Shown here one piece after another: positions 28,601 through 40,135 of a DNA stretch of 64,000 bases. How positions within the stretch are numbered: the first letter of the stretch is position 1; each line of letters opens with the position of its first letter. The position numbers and the translations under genes were made by a program. The stretch lies in NCBI RefSeq assembly GCF_036321535.1, contig NC_087436.1, positions 94,552,001-94,616,000 on the forward strand, given 5' to 3'. This DNA is from Camelus dromedarius (lineage: Eukaryota). The notes beneath the pieces were generated by a model that was not told where the DNA came from, did not search any database, and saw only the letters and a list, made by a program, of their open reading frames with translations.

Positions 28601-31600
28601 ATGGAGACTTCCCACTCCTTGATCCTTTTTTAATTCTTAAAATAACCTTACTCATTTTAATATCTACTTTTTCCCATCCACAGAACACCATTTCCTTAAA
28701 GACTGATTATTCACCTAGGTTACTAAACAGTCCACTGCCTTCAGTTTTGCTCCCTCCAATCTTCACATTGAAAATAGCCCTTTAAAACAAATCTGATTCA
28801 TGTCAGTACTGTACTTAATGCCCTTTAATGACTTCTCACTCCCTTTATGTAAGCCCACACTTTTAAACGCCCTAGCCTACCTCTCAAATCTCACTTCCAC
28901 CTCATATTCTGTACAAGCGCTCAACAAGCCATACTTAAAAAAAAATTTTTTTTTTGCCCCAGAGCCTTCATACATTTTTTTCTCTCAATAGCACACCTCA
29001 ATACCCTCTTCTCCTGGCTAACTCCTACTTATCCTTCAAGTTTCAGCTTCCATAATCACTTCTTCCTGACCTGTCCCCATAGCACCGTATACTTTCCAAT
29101 GTCACACTTCTATAATCTCTTCCTTACTTACCCAGTCTTCCCTAAAAGGCATGGTGTCTATCTAACCTGCTTACTAGACCATTCCAAGCATCTAAAGTGC
29201 CTCACGCTGAATGAATATGCAATTAACATTATGATAAACCTGTTGTTATAGGCCTAAAACAGTATACTTTTCAAATATAGTGCAGATCAAATAAGACAGG
29301 CATATAGGGCTTATGTATAACAAACATTTCTTCATAACAGATATAACCACAATATTCACATCTTACTTTTTTTATCATTCATCAATTTCAAATTCAAAGA
29401 TACAAAATAACCATACGCCATAATTTCAGTAACTCAAGACATTACAGCATTTTGTGACTTTAAAACAAAAGTTGGTTCAATTATTTTGAACAAAAACAAC
29501 AAAAAAAAAAGCATAACTAAAAAACAGAAATAGACTCATAGACACAGAATACAAACTTGTGGTTGCCAAGGGGACGGAGGGTGGGAAGGGATAGATGGGA
29601 TTTCAAAATTGTAGAATAGATAAACAAGATTATACTGTAAAGCACAGGGAAATATACACAAGATCTTATGGTAGCTCACAGAGAAAAAAATGTGACAATG
29701 AATATATATATGTTCATGTATAACTGAAAAATTGTGCTCTACACTGGAATTTGTCACAACACTGTAAAATGATTATAAATCAATAGAAATGTTAAAAAAA
29801 TTTTGAACAAGACTGGAATTTTAATTTAGTAGAATTTTAAATTACTACTGAACATGTCAGAAGGTTTATAGTTTAGGCAGACAATCTAAGGTGAACTGTA
29901 TCTTACTTTTTAAAGAATCTTCAATACATGATTCTCTGTAGACTCTACATAAAAACAAATGTGTATATACACAAAACTAAGGAAATTATTAAACTATTTC
30001 TTACTTTGTAATACAGTCTACAGTTAGGAATAAATAACTCTGAATTTGCAGATGATCCAATAAAGAAATTATCAAGAGGATACTCCATTAGCTACCAGTA
30101 CAGATGTAAGTAACTGTCTTATACATACTTCTTTATGTGGTCTTCCAGTCTTTATCTCCTATTCCTCCCTTTGTTATTCTTGATCATCAACTATCTCCTT
30201 TCTTGGATTTTTCACTTCTTTCTCAGCCCTCAATATTACCAATGGTACCCCATGTATCCCATTATTCTATACCCAATTCATATCCAATGTATTTGTCACA
30301 TTCTCTCATTATGCTCCCATCTCTGTCCTATAACAACAAAAATGTATAATCAAAATAACTTAGAAAGCATAAAGTACACAAGTAAGAAACAATACAATGA
30401 CATTTACTATGACATACCTGAGTCATATTTGACTCTGATTACAAAACAGATATGGGATGGTTTACAATACTAAAATACTTATACAAATAACAATTCAAGT
30501 TTCCTTATTTACACAAATGGTGCTAACACTAGTACCATGTGGGTAACTTGAAAACACTCATTAGCTCTGAGGAGCACTCAAATAATTTAGAAACAAAAAT
30601 CTCAACACTACACAGTGTTACCAGACCAAACTGAATGAAGGGGACTATTCTTAGTTATCTATGTTGGCACACCATCATCAGTACTCTTATCTCCTCCTAC
30701 AGGATGTATCTTATATTAATTCGCTCTTTAGTTCAACAAACATTTCAGCTCCTATTTCATGGTAGATGTGAGCTCATATTTTCATCAGGTATTTCCAGCT
30801 TCGAACTAAAGGAAGTTACAATATTAAATAAGCTTTGACTAACTTACTGTACAAAAGGAAATGCTATTTTTTTTATGTAAGAAAAAAATTTTTGTGGGGG
30901 AGGTAACTAGGTCGGTCTGTCTGTCTGTCTGTCTATTTAAATGGAGGCACTGGGGATTGAACCCAGGACCTCCTACATGCTAAGCATGCACTCTACCCCT
31001 GAGCCATACCCCATTTTATTTTAAAAATGCATGTGCAGATGGACAGAGTCATTAAAGTTTATTAGCATCGACATTTATACTCAATTTCACATAAAAAAGT
31101 ATGTTTATAACATCAAGAAAAAAGAGGAAAATTTCCAACCTATCTCCAGTACATTAGTTGGGCAAATCACTGCGTTAGAGTTTTCCTAATTTAATCGGTT
31201 TTTCACTAATATATATAGAATATATATTACAATTTACTTTAAAAATAACCTTGGTTGCATGCTTTGAATCCAACTCCTTCTACTTTATATTCAACTGATT
31301 CAAAGATATATCTTCTATCTAGAAGTAAATCTTCTGCTCTTCAGGTCAACAGTTTATTGCAGAATAATACACAGAAAATACTCTATGACCATGTTAAGAT
31401 AAATCAATGTAAGTTTTCAATCTTGTGCGATTTCAGCGCCATAATAGTGGGAATATAACTGTTAACTTCAATACTTTTACCTCACAAAGCTTAAAATTAA
31501 ACCCGAACTTACATAGTAAACATATGTAAACAGTTCTGTGATTAATTTATACAAATATTCCCCATTCTTTCCATTATATTTACCAACCAATAAAAATTCA

Positions 31601-34600
31601 GATCAATACAGTACATATCTAGAACACATTTAGCACACATTAATTAACATTTACTGCAAAAGCTTAATGCCACAAATGGGATGAGTACCATATTTAAAAG
31701 AACACTAAATTCTAACTACAACTAACTCTGGAGGAAGCCAGAGGGAAACAAATTTGGGTTAACTGAAGGAAGATCTTTCTAAATGTTGAAGCTACCTTAG
31801 CATGGAATGGCTGAAATTAAGACAGCAGTGGCCTGAAGAGCAACAAGAGCTAGTAGCAAAAACACCAGACAGACCTCAGTTCTTATGTTTTGAATTTATT
31901 TTTCCCATGTTTCTAAGAAACGGAGGAGGAGGAAAGGTTAATAAAATGGTGATTTCAAATGAAGGGGGGAAGGGTATAGCTCAGTGGTAGACTGTCTGCT
32001 CAGCACGCACTAGGTCCTAGGTTCAATTCCCAGTACCTCCAATTAAACAAATAAATAAACATAATTATCTCCCCACCCCGAAAAAAATTTTAAATATAAA
32101 AAAAAGATTAAATGAAATAATGTATCAAGCACCTAAAACAGCCAGGACTATGCAATCACTTTGGAGATTACTTATAGACTACATAGGGAAATAAACACTT
32201 TTATTGAGGCCATAATTCATCCCTATTTAAAGTGCACAACTTCATGGCGTTTTGTATATTCACAGAATTGCACAACCATCATCGAAATCTAATTTTTGAC
32301 CATTTCAACACCTCAAAAAGAAAGAAACTATGTAACCTTCAGCAGTCACTCCCCATTCCTACACACTCCCCCAGCCCTAAGCAACCACCAATCTACTTTT
32401 TGTCTCTATGATTTGCCTTTTCTAATGGTCGTATACATGAAATCATATAATATGTGGCCTTTTGCACCTGGGCTTTTCATTTAGCACAATGTTTTGAAAG
32501 TTCACCTACCCTATAGAACATATCACTACTTTCATTCACTTTTAAAATCAAATCCATGGTACAGATATACCGTATTTTATTTATCCATTCAGTTGATCAA
32601 CATTTAGAGCACTTTCTGGTGATTAAAAATAGTGCTGGTATGAACATTTATGTATAAATTGGTGTATGGACATGCTTTCATTTCTACTGGGTAGATAACT
32701 AGAAGTAGATCTCGGTCATAAGGTAACTCTATGTTTTACCATTTTGACCAAACTATTTTCCAAAGTAGCTCCAACACTACATTCCCACAAGCGACCTATG
32801 AGAATTTCAATTTATAGAGGAAATTTAAGCATCAAGGCTATTGTATTTTACGATGATGTTGCAGAGGGAAGCCAACTGACCACTTCAAGAAGGGCCTCTT
32901 TTTGGTAGTACCTGGTTAATGCTAGCTAGTATTTACAGAATGCTTAGTCTATGCAGGCAGTGTTCTAAGTACTGTTTTCATTAAATCTCAAGTACCATCA
33001 ATTATTCAACACACCTTTATTTTATGTACCTTGAGAAAGAAAAAAATTCTGCCAATTATGACATGCCATCCACCGAAAGATGTATCCTGATTTCAGAGAT
33101 GTTAAATATGTGAAAAAATGTTTCTTAGAATTATTGAAATATTGTTTTACAAGGACTAACTCCTTTAATCTTGATAATCTTTTGACAGGATTTTACAAAC
33201 GACGAAACTGCAGCACAAAGCAGTTACATAGCTTGTCTAAAATCAAAAAGCCAGTTAAATGCCAGAAGTCAAGTCAAATTTGAACTGTGGTTGATTGCTC
33301 TTGTTCTTGACAGAATCATATTCACTGTTTCAGAGATCCTGCCCGTACTCTTTCCTCATCAGGATCAAGGAAGCAGAGGACAATGGCTCCTATAGGAATT
33401 GGTTTCTATTTAACCTCTAAGCTTCAGTACTCTCATTTATTAAGACTGTTTTACAGACGGTTTGAGAAAAGGCATATAAAATTCTTAGCACAAAGCAAAT
33501 GACAGCAGCTGTTTTCATTATTTAATAGTAAAAATACAATGGTTGAAAGCAGTCTCTCTTGGGGTCTTTTCTTTCTTCCTCCTCATTTCCATTAAAAGAA
33601 ATTTTTTTAGACTTTGAGGACATCCTTATCTTGAAATATTTTACAGTCTTCTTTTCTTAAATTCATAGTATTCTACAACTAAAGTAACTTCAAGTGACTA
33701 CCACTCATTCTAATGATAATACTGACAACCTAGATTACCCAGTGGAGGGTAACCAAGATAAGGATGAAAATTAAATCACAGGTTTAAAATGAGAGCTTAA
33801 TAATGGTCACCTCTAAGTGGTTATACTGAAAAAATGTTTTTTCTACACTTTACTGTTCAGATTTCTACAACAAACACAAACTATTTTTAGAATGGGGGGA
33901 GGGGATTAACCAGGCTCAAAAGGTAGAAACAACCAAAACATACATCAACAGTTAAAGGGATAACCAAGATGTAGCATGTATGTACAGTAGAATACCATTA
34001 AGTCTTAAAAAGGAATGAAATTCTGACACATGCTATAATACGGACAAACCTTAAAGACATTATGCTAAGTGAAATAAGCCACATACAAAAGGACAAATAT
34101 TGCATGATTCCACATAAGTAAAGTACCTAGAGTAGTCAAATTCATAGAGAGAAAGTGTAACAGTAGTTACCAGCATGGGGCAACAGGGAGTTACTGTTCA
34201 GCAGGGAAGATGAAAAAGTAAAGACAGATAGTGGAGATAGATGGAAACAGATGGTGGAGATAGCTACGTAACAATGTCAGTGTGCTTAATGCCACTGAAC
34301 TGCACACTTAAAAACGGTTAAAACAGTAAATTTTATGTTACGTATATTTTACCATAATTTAAAAAATCAACCAGGTTTATGAGAAAACATATATTATATA
34401 TATAAAAACAACAGATTTAGATGCACCTCAAACTGGTAAGTGACTCAACTTCAACCTGGAATTTCCATTACTATGTCTATTCCTAAATAGGAACAATCAA
34501 TAGGCTGAATGAATGAAATCTAGAACATTTTCTGAGTGATAGTAGCTTCCAAAAGTATAGTATCCTTTGAGCAGCCACAAAAGTGTGTAAGACATGGTCT

Positions 34601-37600
34601 TTGACCTCAGCAGTATAAAAACTAGTGAGAGATACATAACCCCCAATAATACAGTACATTAATTGGTACTGTAATTGTGTTGGTACTACATAAATTATTT
34701 AAAATGGTACTGAGAGAGTAGAGGGAGAAACAATTTGACAGGCACAGCCTAATGGAGAAACTAATACTTTACCTGGACCTCAAAAGAAAACTAGAATTTT
34801 AAATGATACAGACAATGATTCAAGCGAAAATGACAGGAAAAGTGTGAAAGAATAAACATTACCTAAAAATACCAAATAATCTAGGCTGGAAAATGAGACC
34901 CATGTTGTGGGTGGCAGAAGATTATGATGGAAAAGATGACTAAGGTTAAGTTATAGGAGCTTTTAAATACCCAGCTAAGGAGTTTAGACTATTAACAAGG
35001 AAAGAAAAGAAACATGATCAAAACTGCACTTTAGAAAGATTTATAGAACAGCAATGCAAAGAATGAACAGCAGTGGTAAAGATGAAAGGCTGAGTAAATT
35101 ATAGGCAAAAAAGGGCAAGTAATAAAGTTGAATGCCAAACCTAAAGTGGTGATGACAGCAAAAGTAAAGACATTAAGGAAGCTGTTCAGTCAAAAAGTAA
35201 GTTTAGGTTAGTTTTCCTTGTTATACACAATCCTAGGTTATTCTGTTTCCTCTTTCAACATACATCATAGCTGCAATTATTTGTTCATTATTTTTTTCCC
35301 TGCTAGAACATGAACCCTATGAAAACAAGGAAAATGTGAAGTCTTATTTAGTGTTATATTGGCACAAAGTATTCACGTAATTGTTGAATGAATTCAGAAT
35401 ATACTCCTCCCTAGAAAATACACTTCTTTGAGACACATAAGAACTTGTAAAAGGATTCTCTAAATTTGGGAACAGTGCTTAATTTTCTAGACCTAGAATT
35501 TAAGCCACTGTCAGAAAATACCCTATTCCAGTCTACAGCCATTACTGGCTGCCTCTGAGTAAATCTGCTTTTCATTCTAATTCCAAAAGCAAACCATCCG
35601 CCATTGCCTGAAATCTTGTCCACACTAAATTCACACAATAAACAACTCAAAAATCTGTAATTTTAATCAGCATTAAAAGACATATTAATTAAATGAGTCA
35701 AGAAATATATTTTAGAAGTTCATGCACAAAAGTAGGCTTACAATACCTTAGGAGGATTAAATGGGTATGTTTCTGGTATTTTAATCTCTAGTTGATATCT
35801 TCCTCCTAGAAAAATACGGAAAACAGAAAGTTAAGAATGTTGCTCACCTCAAATATGTGAAGTCAAATATAGTGACAGAACTTTCCAAACATGTACTATT
35901 TTATATTCAATTACAACAGATTCATTTTAAAACTGAAATCCCAAATGGAAATAAACACAAGTTCCAGTTTTTGATTTAAGGGTCATTTAAACCATACAGA
36001 ATACCCATTTTATATAACTGATACTGGTTCATCAGTGAATAACTGGGCTAGAGATGGATAAATATATTAAATCCATAGACAATCCAATGCCAAAGACTTC
36101 ACTGAGACAATTAAGTAGCACAGGTTTCATCTCCTTTTGTTTCCTTCAGTCCATAAAGAGTTGCTAAATGACAAAAAAGAAAAAAAGAAGGCAGAGAGGT
36201 GTAAAGGCATAGATGGTACAGAGAAAAGGGATATATAGATTATGTCATAAACTGAAAAAAATCTACTTCTAGCTGGTTCTCTCAAATGCAAAAATCCAAA
36301 CTTGTAATTTGTGCTCCAAATTAAATGTCAACACTTATTGTTAAAATCTAAAAAATAAAATTTGACAATAAGAGGTAGTTTAGCATAAAGACAAAAACCT
36401 ATTATTTTCTTCTAAATAGGTACACAAAATGCAAAACTTTACAAAGAGACTGTTCTAACCAGTAATATATAAACAGAAGGCAACATTCTGGTTTGGTTTG
36501 AAGTTATTTGAGCAACTAGCTGCTAAATAAGTATTTTTAAAAAGTTTACCTAGCTTCCCATAACTGGGGTACTTCAAGGGGAAGGATAAATGCCTCTCAG
36601 GAACTCTGAAGGGGGGAGTCCTGCACTGGATGCCAGACTGGATTTGAATCCTAATTCTAATGAACCTTCCAATTCTAAGATTTTATGACCCACTAACACA
36701 CAATACTCACTATTCCAAAATACAGCAAATAAAACTGTGCTAGTAAAATATTTACATATGAAACTATGCCTGCAATTTCCTTCAAAATAATCAACAGATG
36801 AATTAGGTCAAAAACTGGCCATCAATTGATAGTTATTAAAGCTGGCTGATGAGTGCATAGAGATTTCATTTTACTATTTGACTTCTGTATGTATCTGAAA
36901 TTTTCTATAATAAAAAGTAAAAAACAAAACAAAACTCGTAACTGTGTACTAGGAGCACTATTAATTTCAAAATTCCACACACTCAACTTTCAGTATATTC
37001 TGTTACTTCCTCGATTGTTAGGAATAGATGAATGTAGATCTGGGAGAAAACAAAAGAGCAATTCACTTGGTACCACTTTATTCAAGCCTGTTCTGGTTCC
37101 AATTGTTCTTTTCTTGCTTATTATCTTTAATAGAATCCCATACTGACTGATGTACAAGTTAAACTAGATGCTTAAATAACAGAGCATTTGGCAATAGTGA
37201 AACATAAAGGAAAGTAGTCAAAACAAAAGAAACAAACAAAAAAAGACAGATAAGAGTATCTGAGGAAATTTTTACGTATAAAGAGATAGCTGTTTTATGT
37301 TCAGAGTTATAAATGCTAGCTTCAAATACAGGTATGATAAATTTGGCCTGAGTAATATGTAGATTCTTCTTTTTCCTTCCTATGAATCTTACTTTTTGGA
37401 TTAAATTCCAGATTACTATCTCTGTAACTTTCTATTCCTTCTCTATAACCATCTATTCCTTCTTGAATGTCCAAAACAATCTCTTAGGAGCAGTGTGAGG
37501 GCCTAGAAATATTACATAAATAATGTTGGGCCCTAGAGTCCCATAGATCCTATTTCTACTCCATATACTATCAATATGCTCTGTCTTGCATTATCTGACA

Positions 37601-40135
37601 ACTTTCTACTATAATCACTGTAGCATTAACCATAGCATTATTTGATACATATCAGAACAACACAACTAAGGGAGCTTTATGATAACTACATTATCATAAC
37701 AGCTTCACTATAAAATATTTACTTCTTGAATAGCTTTTAATATTAAGCATTTATAATCTTTAACTTAATCCAAAGAGAAGATGGGAAAGGAATGAGATTT
37801 TTTAAAAATATCAACAATGATTCCATAAATTTAAAACAACTCTTAGGAAGAAAGGCTTAAGAATTTAATTGTTCCTGTGCCACTGAGCCACTAAGGAAAA
37901 AGAAGAAAACTGAGGTAACATGTATGGTAATTTGGGGTATTCTACTACTCAATGTGACTACTTTTAACACTACCTAAAATAGCTATCTGATTTCTGAATG
38001 ATGGTTATAAACAATTTAACATTCCACAATGAACTTATGCCTTGGCTATTAAATTGAGATTCAAACAAACCAACCCTCAAAATTTAGCAAGAGTCCTGCA
38101 ATAAATATATTTTATTCCATTCATATTTCAAAGAAGTATATAAATTTATGCCCCTGAATGGTGTTTTTTCCTAAACAAAATGAACTTCTCTTCAATAGTT
38201 TTATGAAAAGAATACAATTTAATCTATTTCAAATAGATACCCAAGAAACATATTAAAACTAATCTTATCAAACATTAATGTCTCATTTAGTGGCAGCAGC
38301 AGAAATAAGCACTTAAAAATGACCAAACTTGTTTCTGAGTAATGAAGAATATGGTACAGCTGTAATTTCATCATCCTACAAATAAGTGTTTATTGTCCTT
38401 TTTTTTTTTTTTTAATTCATGTACCTTTCTTTATTAAGGGTTGCTTACTCTGCCTATCTAATTTAGTTCAGGAGGTCTCTTGTTTGAAATACCAATTTGC
38501 TGGAAGAGCTCCAGAATGATAATGCTACTGCCCTACTATCTTTGAAAAATACATTAGATAACCTAAAAAAGTAATCCAAGAATACTTATAATGACTGCTT
38601 TCAAGAAGAAGCTACTATATCATTACACACAACATCAGCTATTAAGGACAAACTTGATTTTTATAAGGTAACTAAAGATCTCTTCTCCCTTCAATGACTG
38701 TCAAAAAGAACTAAATGAATAGCATCCATGAAAGCATCCAGACAAGGCCTGGCACACAGGAGGCACTTACAAAACAATATAAAAAATTAAGTAAGTCTAG
38801 AAATGACTCATATGAACTATAAAACAAAATAAAATTTAGTCATTTAAGATTTTAAAGGATATGCTGAAGACATTCTAGGGTCTTTAAAAATTTGAATGAA
38901 AATAGAGAAATAGTCTAGAATGTCGACTTTTTCTGAAAAATTTTGGGTAACTGATCATTACAGAATTATAGAACCACGACATTCAAAGTAGACATAACCA
39001 CCACTTTCAATATTTGGTCAATCCTGATTTATTCAAAAACAGAAAGTGGTAAGAAACATAAGCTTTTGAGCCAAAGGCCATTTCCCAGCTGTGCCACTTA
39101 GATGTCTGACTTTGACAAGTTACTTAACTTCCCTGAGTTTAGTTTCTTCATCTATGAAACAGTGATAACTATACTTACCCCATAAAATTTGTTATAAGGA
39201 TTAAATGAGAAAACATGTGAAGCTCTAGTAAGTAAAAATAAGTGCTACTACCACAGATTATATGATTTCTCTTACACAAATACTGGAATGCCTATTATAT
39301 ACAAGCTACTTTGGCTACGTTATATAACCCATATTTACAATAATCATTACTGAAGATTTGCCTAATACAGGGAATAACAAGCTATAAAGCTTCTTTCTGT
39401 ATCTTACCACCCAATTACATAGACTAAAGTAGCTATAGACTTAAGTTTGTGAACATAAAGTTCAGCAAAGTAGTCCCCTTTTCTATAGGTCTTGAAATAA
39501 TCAAAGCTTTCCCAAATAAAGAAAATTAAGTATTTGGAATACAGACTGTATGAAGACATGAGTGAAATGAAATGCTAAATGACAAACAGGGGAGAGAAGT
39601 TTTTTTAAAAAAATAAAATTTTCTTCATGTGAAATATCCAGAATAAATACATTTATAGAGAAAACAAATAAATAAACATCTCATCACTCAGAAATTTAAG
39701 GCAAGGTTTGTTATAGATACCATATGAAGGGTAACTGAGAGTCTGTAGTCCATATAAGTTAAAGGCTTAACATCCTAGACGTTTTGCACTGTTAAATTCT
39801 AACTTAATATAACCTGGAAACTGGCTCTACTCAATCTGTTTAGGGGAAAAAATTAGCTAAAATTCAGTAAGAAAAATCAGTATACATAAGCATTTAAATT
39901 TATTTAAAAATTGTTATATGTATCTTTAAGCCAAATAAAATTACCTTCCATATAGTTTATAGATGGTTAAGATTATTCTGATTTAATGTTTCAGACAAGT
40001 TCTAATACACACAATATTTTGATACAGAAAAAAGTACTTGCCTTCATATGGTGTGTCTGGAGGTCCTGCTATTTCTCCTCTTAATTCTGTAAAATTCTCA
40101 TCTACAAGATCTACTTTAATTTGATTTTTGCTCGT
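16994..40135 (-). CDS. UBE2K: UBE2K ubiquitin-conjugating enzyme E2 K, spliced CDS exons 2-7 (codons 22-200); exon 1 outside the window
   Basis: Six exons (94+59+83+100+129+75 nt) join in frame to TSKNQIKVDL...[20 protein letters not shown]...TATELLLSN*, matching UBE2K as I recall it (UBC domain plus C-terminal UBA domain). Confidence 0.98.
17392..17520 (-). CDS. UBE2K: UBE2K exon 6 (129 nt): YKQNPEMFKQTARLWAHVYAGAPVSSPEYTKKIENLCAMGFDR
   Basis: Acceptor tttttccccccatatag|TAC; donor AGG|gtaagt; contains the UBA MGF motif. Confidence 0.98.
18400..19350 (-). mobile_element. L2 LINE remnant
   Basis: Diverged purine-rich text resembling the L2 3' region in reverse; boundaries approximate. Confidence 0.5.
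19387..19566 (+). mobile_element. MER58-like hAT MITE
   Basis: Ends agggttggcaaa ... tttgctgacctctg form degenerate TIRs; internal caataaaatattatttacaaaaacag. Confidence 0.75.
20070..20169 (-). CDS. UBE2K: UBE2K exon 5 (100 nt): (W)AAAMTLRTVLLSLQALLAAAEPDDPQDAVVANQ
   Basis: Acceptor tcttag|G; donor CAG|gtaaga. Confidence 0.98.
20579..20959 (+). mobile_element. 5'-truncated L1 3' end
   Basis: ggagggcattacgctaagtgaaa...aataaaa tail; TSD aaagcctaaaat at 20567-20578 and 20960-20971. Confidence 0.85.
21432..21589. mobile_element. MER5A-like hAT MITE
   Basis: catcacctgggaacttgtaagaaatg...ccaagtgattctaatgca...tttgagaaatactg. Confidence 0.8.
22495..22945 (+). mobile_element. Young lineage-specific L1 3' end with internal A39
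   Basis: gccatttgcagcaacatggatg...ctaagtgaagtaagccag; flanked by duplicated aaaactctt. Confidence 0.85.
23285..23520 (+). mobile_element. Young L1 3' end
   Basis: Closely similar to copies at 29.5 kb and 55.3 kb; aataaa plus A tail. Confidence 0.85.
24360..25000 (-). mobile_element. Old L1 3' region
   Basis: catccattctcctgttgacagacatttgggttattt, tttgcatttccctgatgactaatg. Confidence 0.8.
25560..26330 (-). mobile_element. L2 LINE remnant
   Basis: taagtttgagatgttcatcacatattcaagtagagac...tggagttcagaga, typical reverse L2 text. Confidence 0.65.
27477..27559 (-). CDS. UBE2K: UBE2K exon 4 (83 nt): [27 protein letters not shown](W), with HPN motif and catalytic Cys92
   Basis: Acceptor ttctag|GTC; donor AATG|gtaaga; Cys codon TGT at 27500-27502. 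Confidence 0.98.
28560..29220 (+). mobile_element. L2 LINE remnant (3' end)
   Basis: cctggctaactcctacttatccttcaag...ending in tgaatgaat. Confidence 0.6.
29494..29799 (+). mobile_element. Young L1 3' end
   Basis: TSD attttgaacaa at 29483-29493 and 29800-29810. Confidence 0.88.
30867..31012 (-). mobile_element. tRNA-derived SINE (vic-1-like)
   Basis: Minus strand GGGGTATGGCTCAG...GGGTTCAATCCCCAG; tail contains (GACA)n. Confidence 0.88.
31964..32105 (+). mobile_element. tRNA-derived SINE (vic-1-like)
   Basis: gggtatagctcagtggtaga...ggttcaattcccagtacctcc, A-rich tail. Confidence 0.9.
32198..32815 (-). mobile_element. Old L1 (L1MB-like) 3' region
   Basis: cccagccctaagcaaccaccaatctactttt...tttatccattcagttgat. 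Confidence 0.8.
32972..33144 (-). mobile_element. MER104-like Tc1/mariner-superfamily MITE inserted in a MIR (MIR ~32920-33300, minus)
   Basis: cctgatttcagagatgttaaatatgtgaaaaaatg...cttagaat; MIR text resumes on both sides. Confidence 0.7.
33915..34367 (+). mobile_element. Old L1 (L1MB-like) 3' end
   Basis: aaaaggaatgaaattctgacacatgcta...gtgcttaatgccactgaactgcacacttaaaa. Confidence 0.85.
35747..35805 (-). CDS. UBE2K: UBE2K exon 3 (59 nt): (G)GRYQLEIKIPETYPFNPPK
   Basis: Acceptor ttttctag|GA; donor TAAG|gtattg. Confidence 0.97.
39050..39250 (+). mobile_element. MIR SINE remnant
   Basis: gactttgacaagttacttaacttccctgagtttagtttcttcatctatgaaa...aaggattaaatgaga. Confidence 0.75.
40042..40135 (-). 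CDS. UBE2K: UBE2K exon 2 (94 nt): TSKNQIKVDLVDENFTELRGEIAGPPDTPYE(G)
   Basis: Acceptor ttttaag|ACG; donor GAAG|gcaagt (GC donor); phase matches exon 3. Confidence 0.96.

Noticed and set aside
31971..32040. tRNA-like sequences with A and B boxes as genuine tRNA genes
   Set aside because: They carry SINE tails, TSDs and scattered mutations, and recur seven times.
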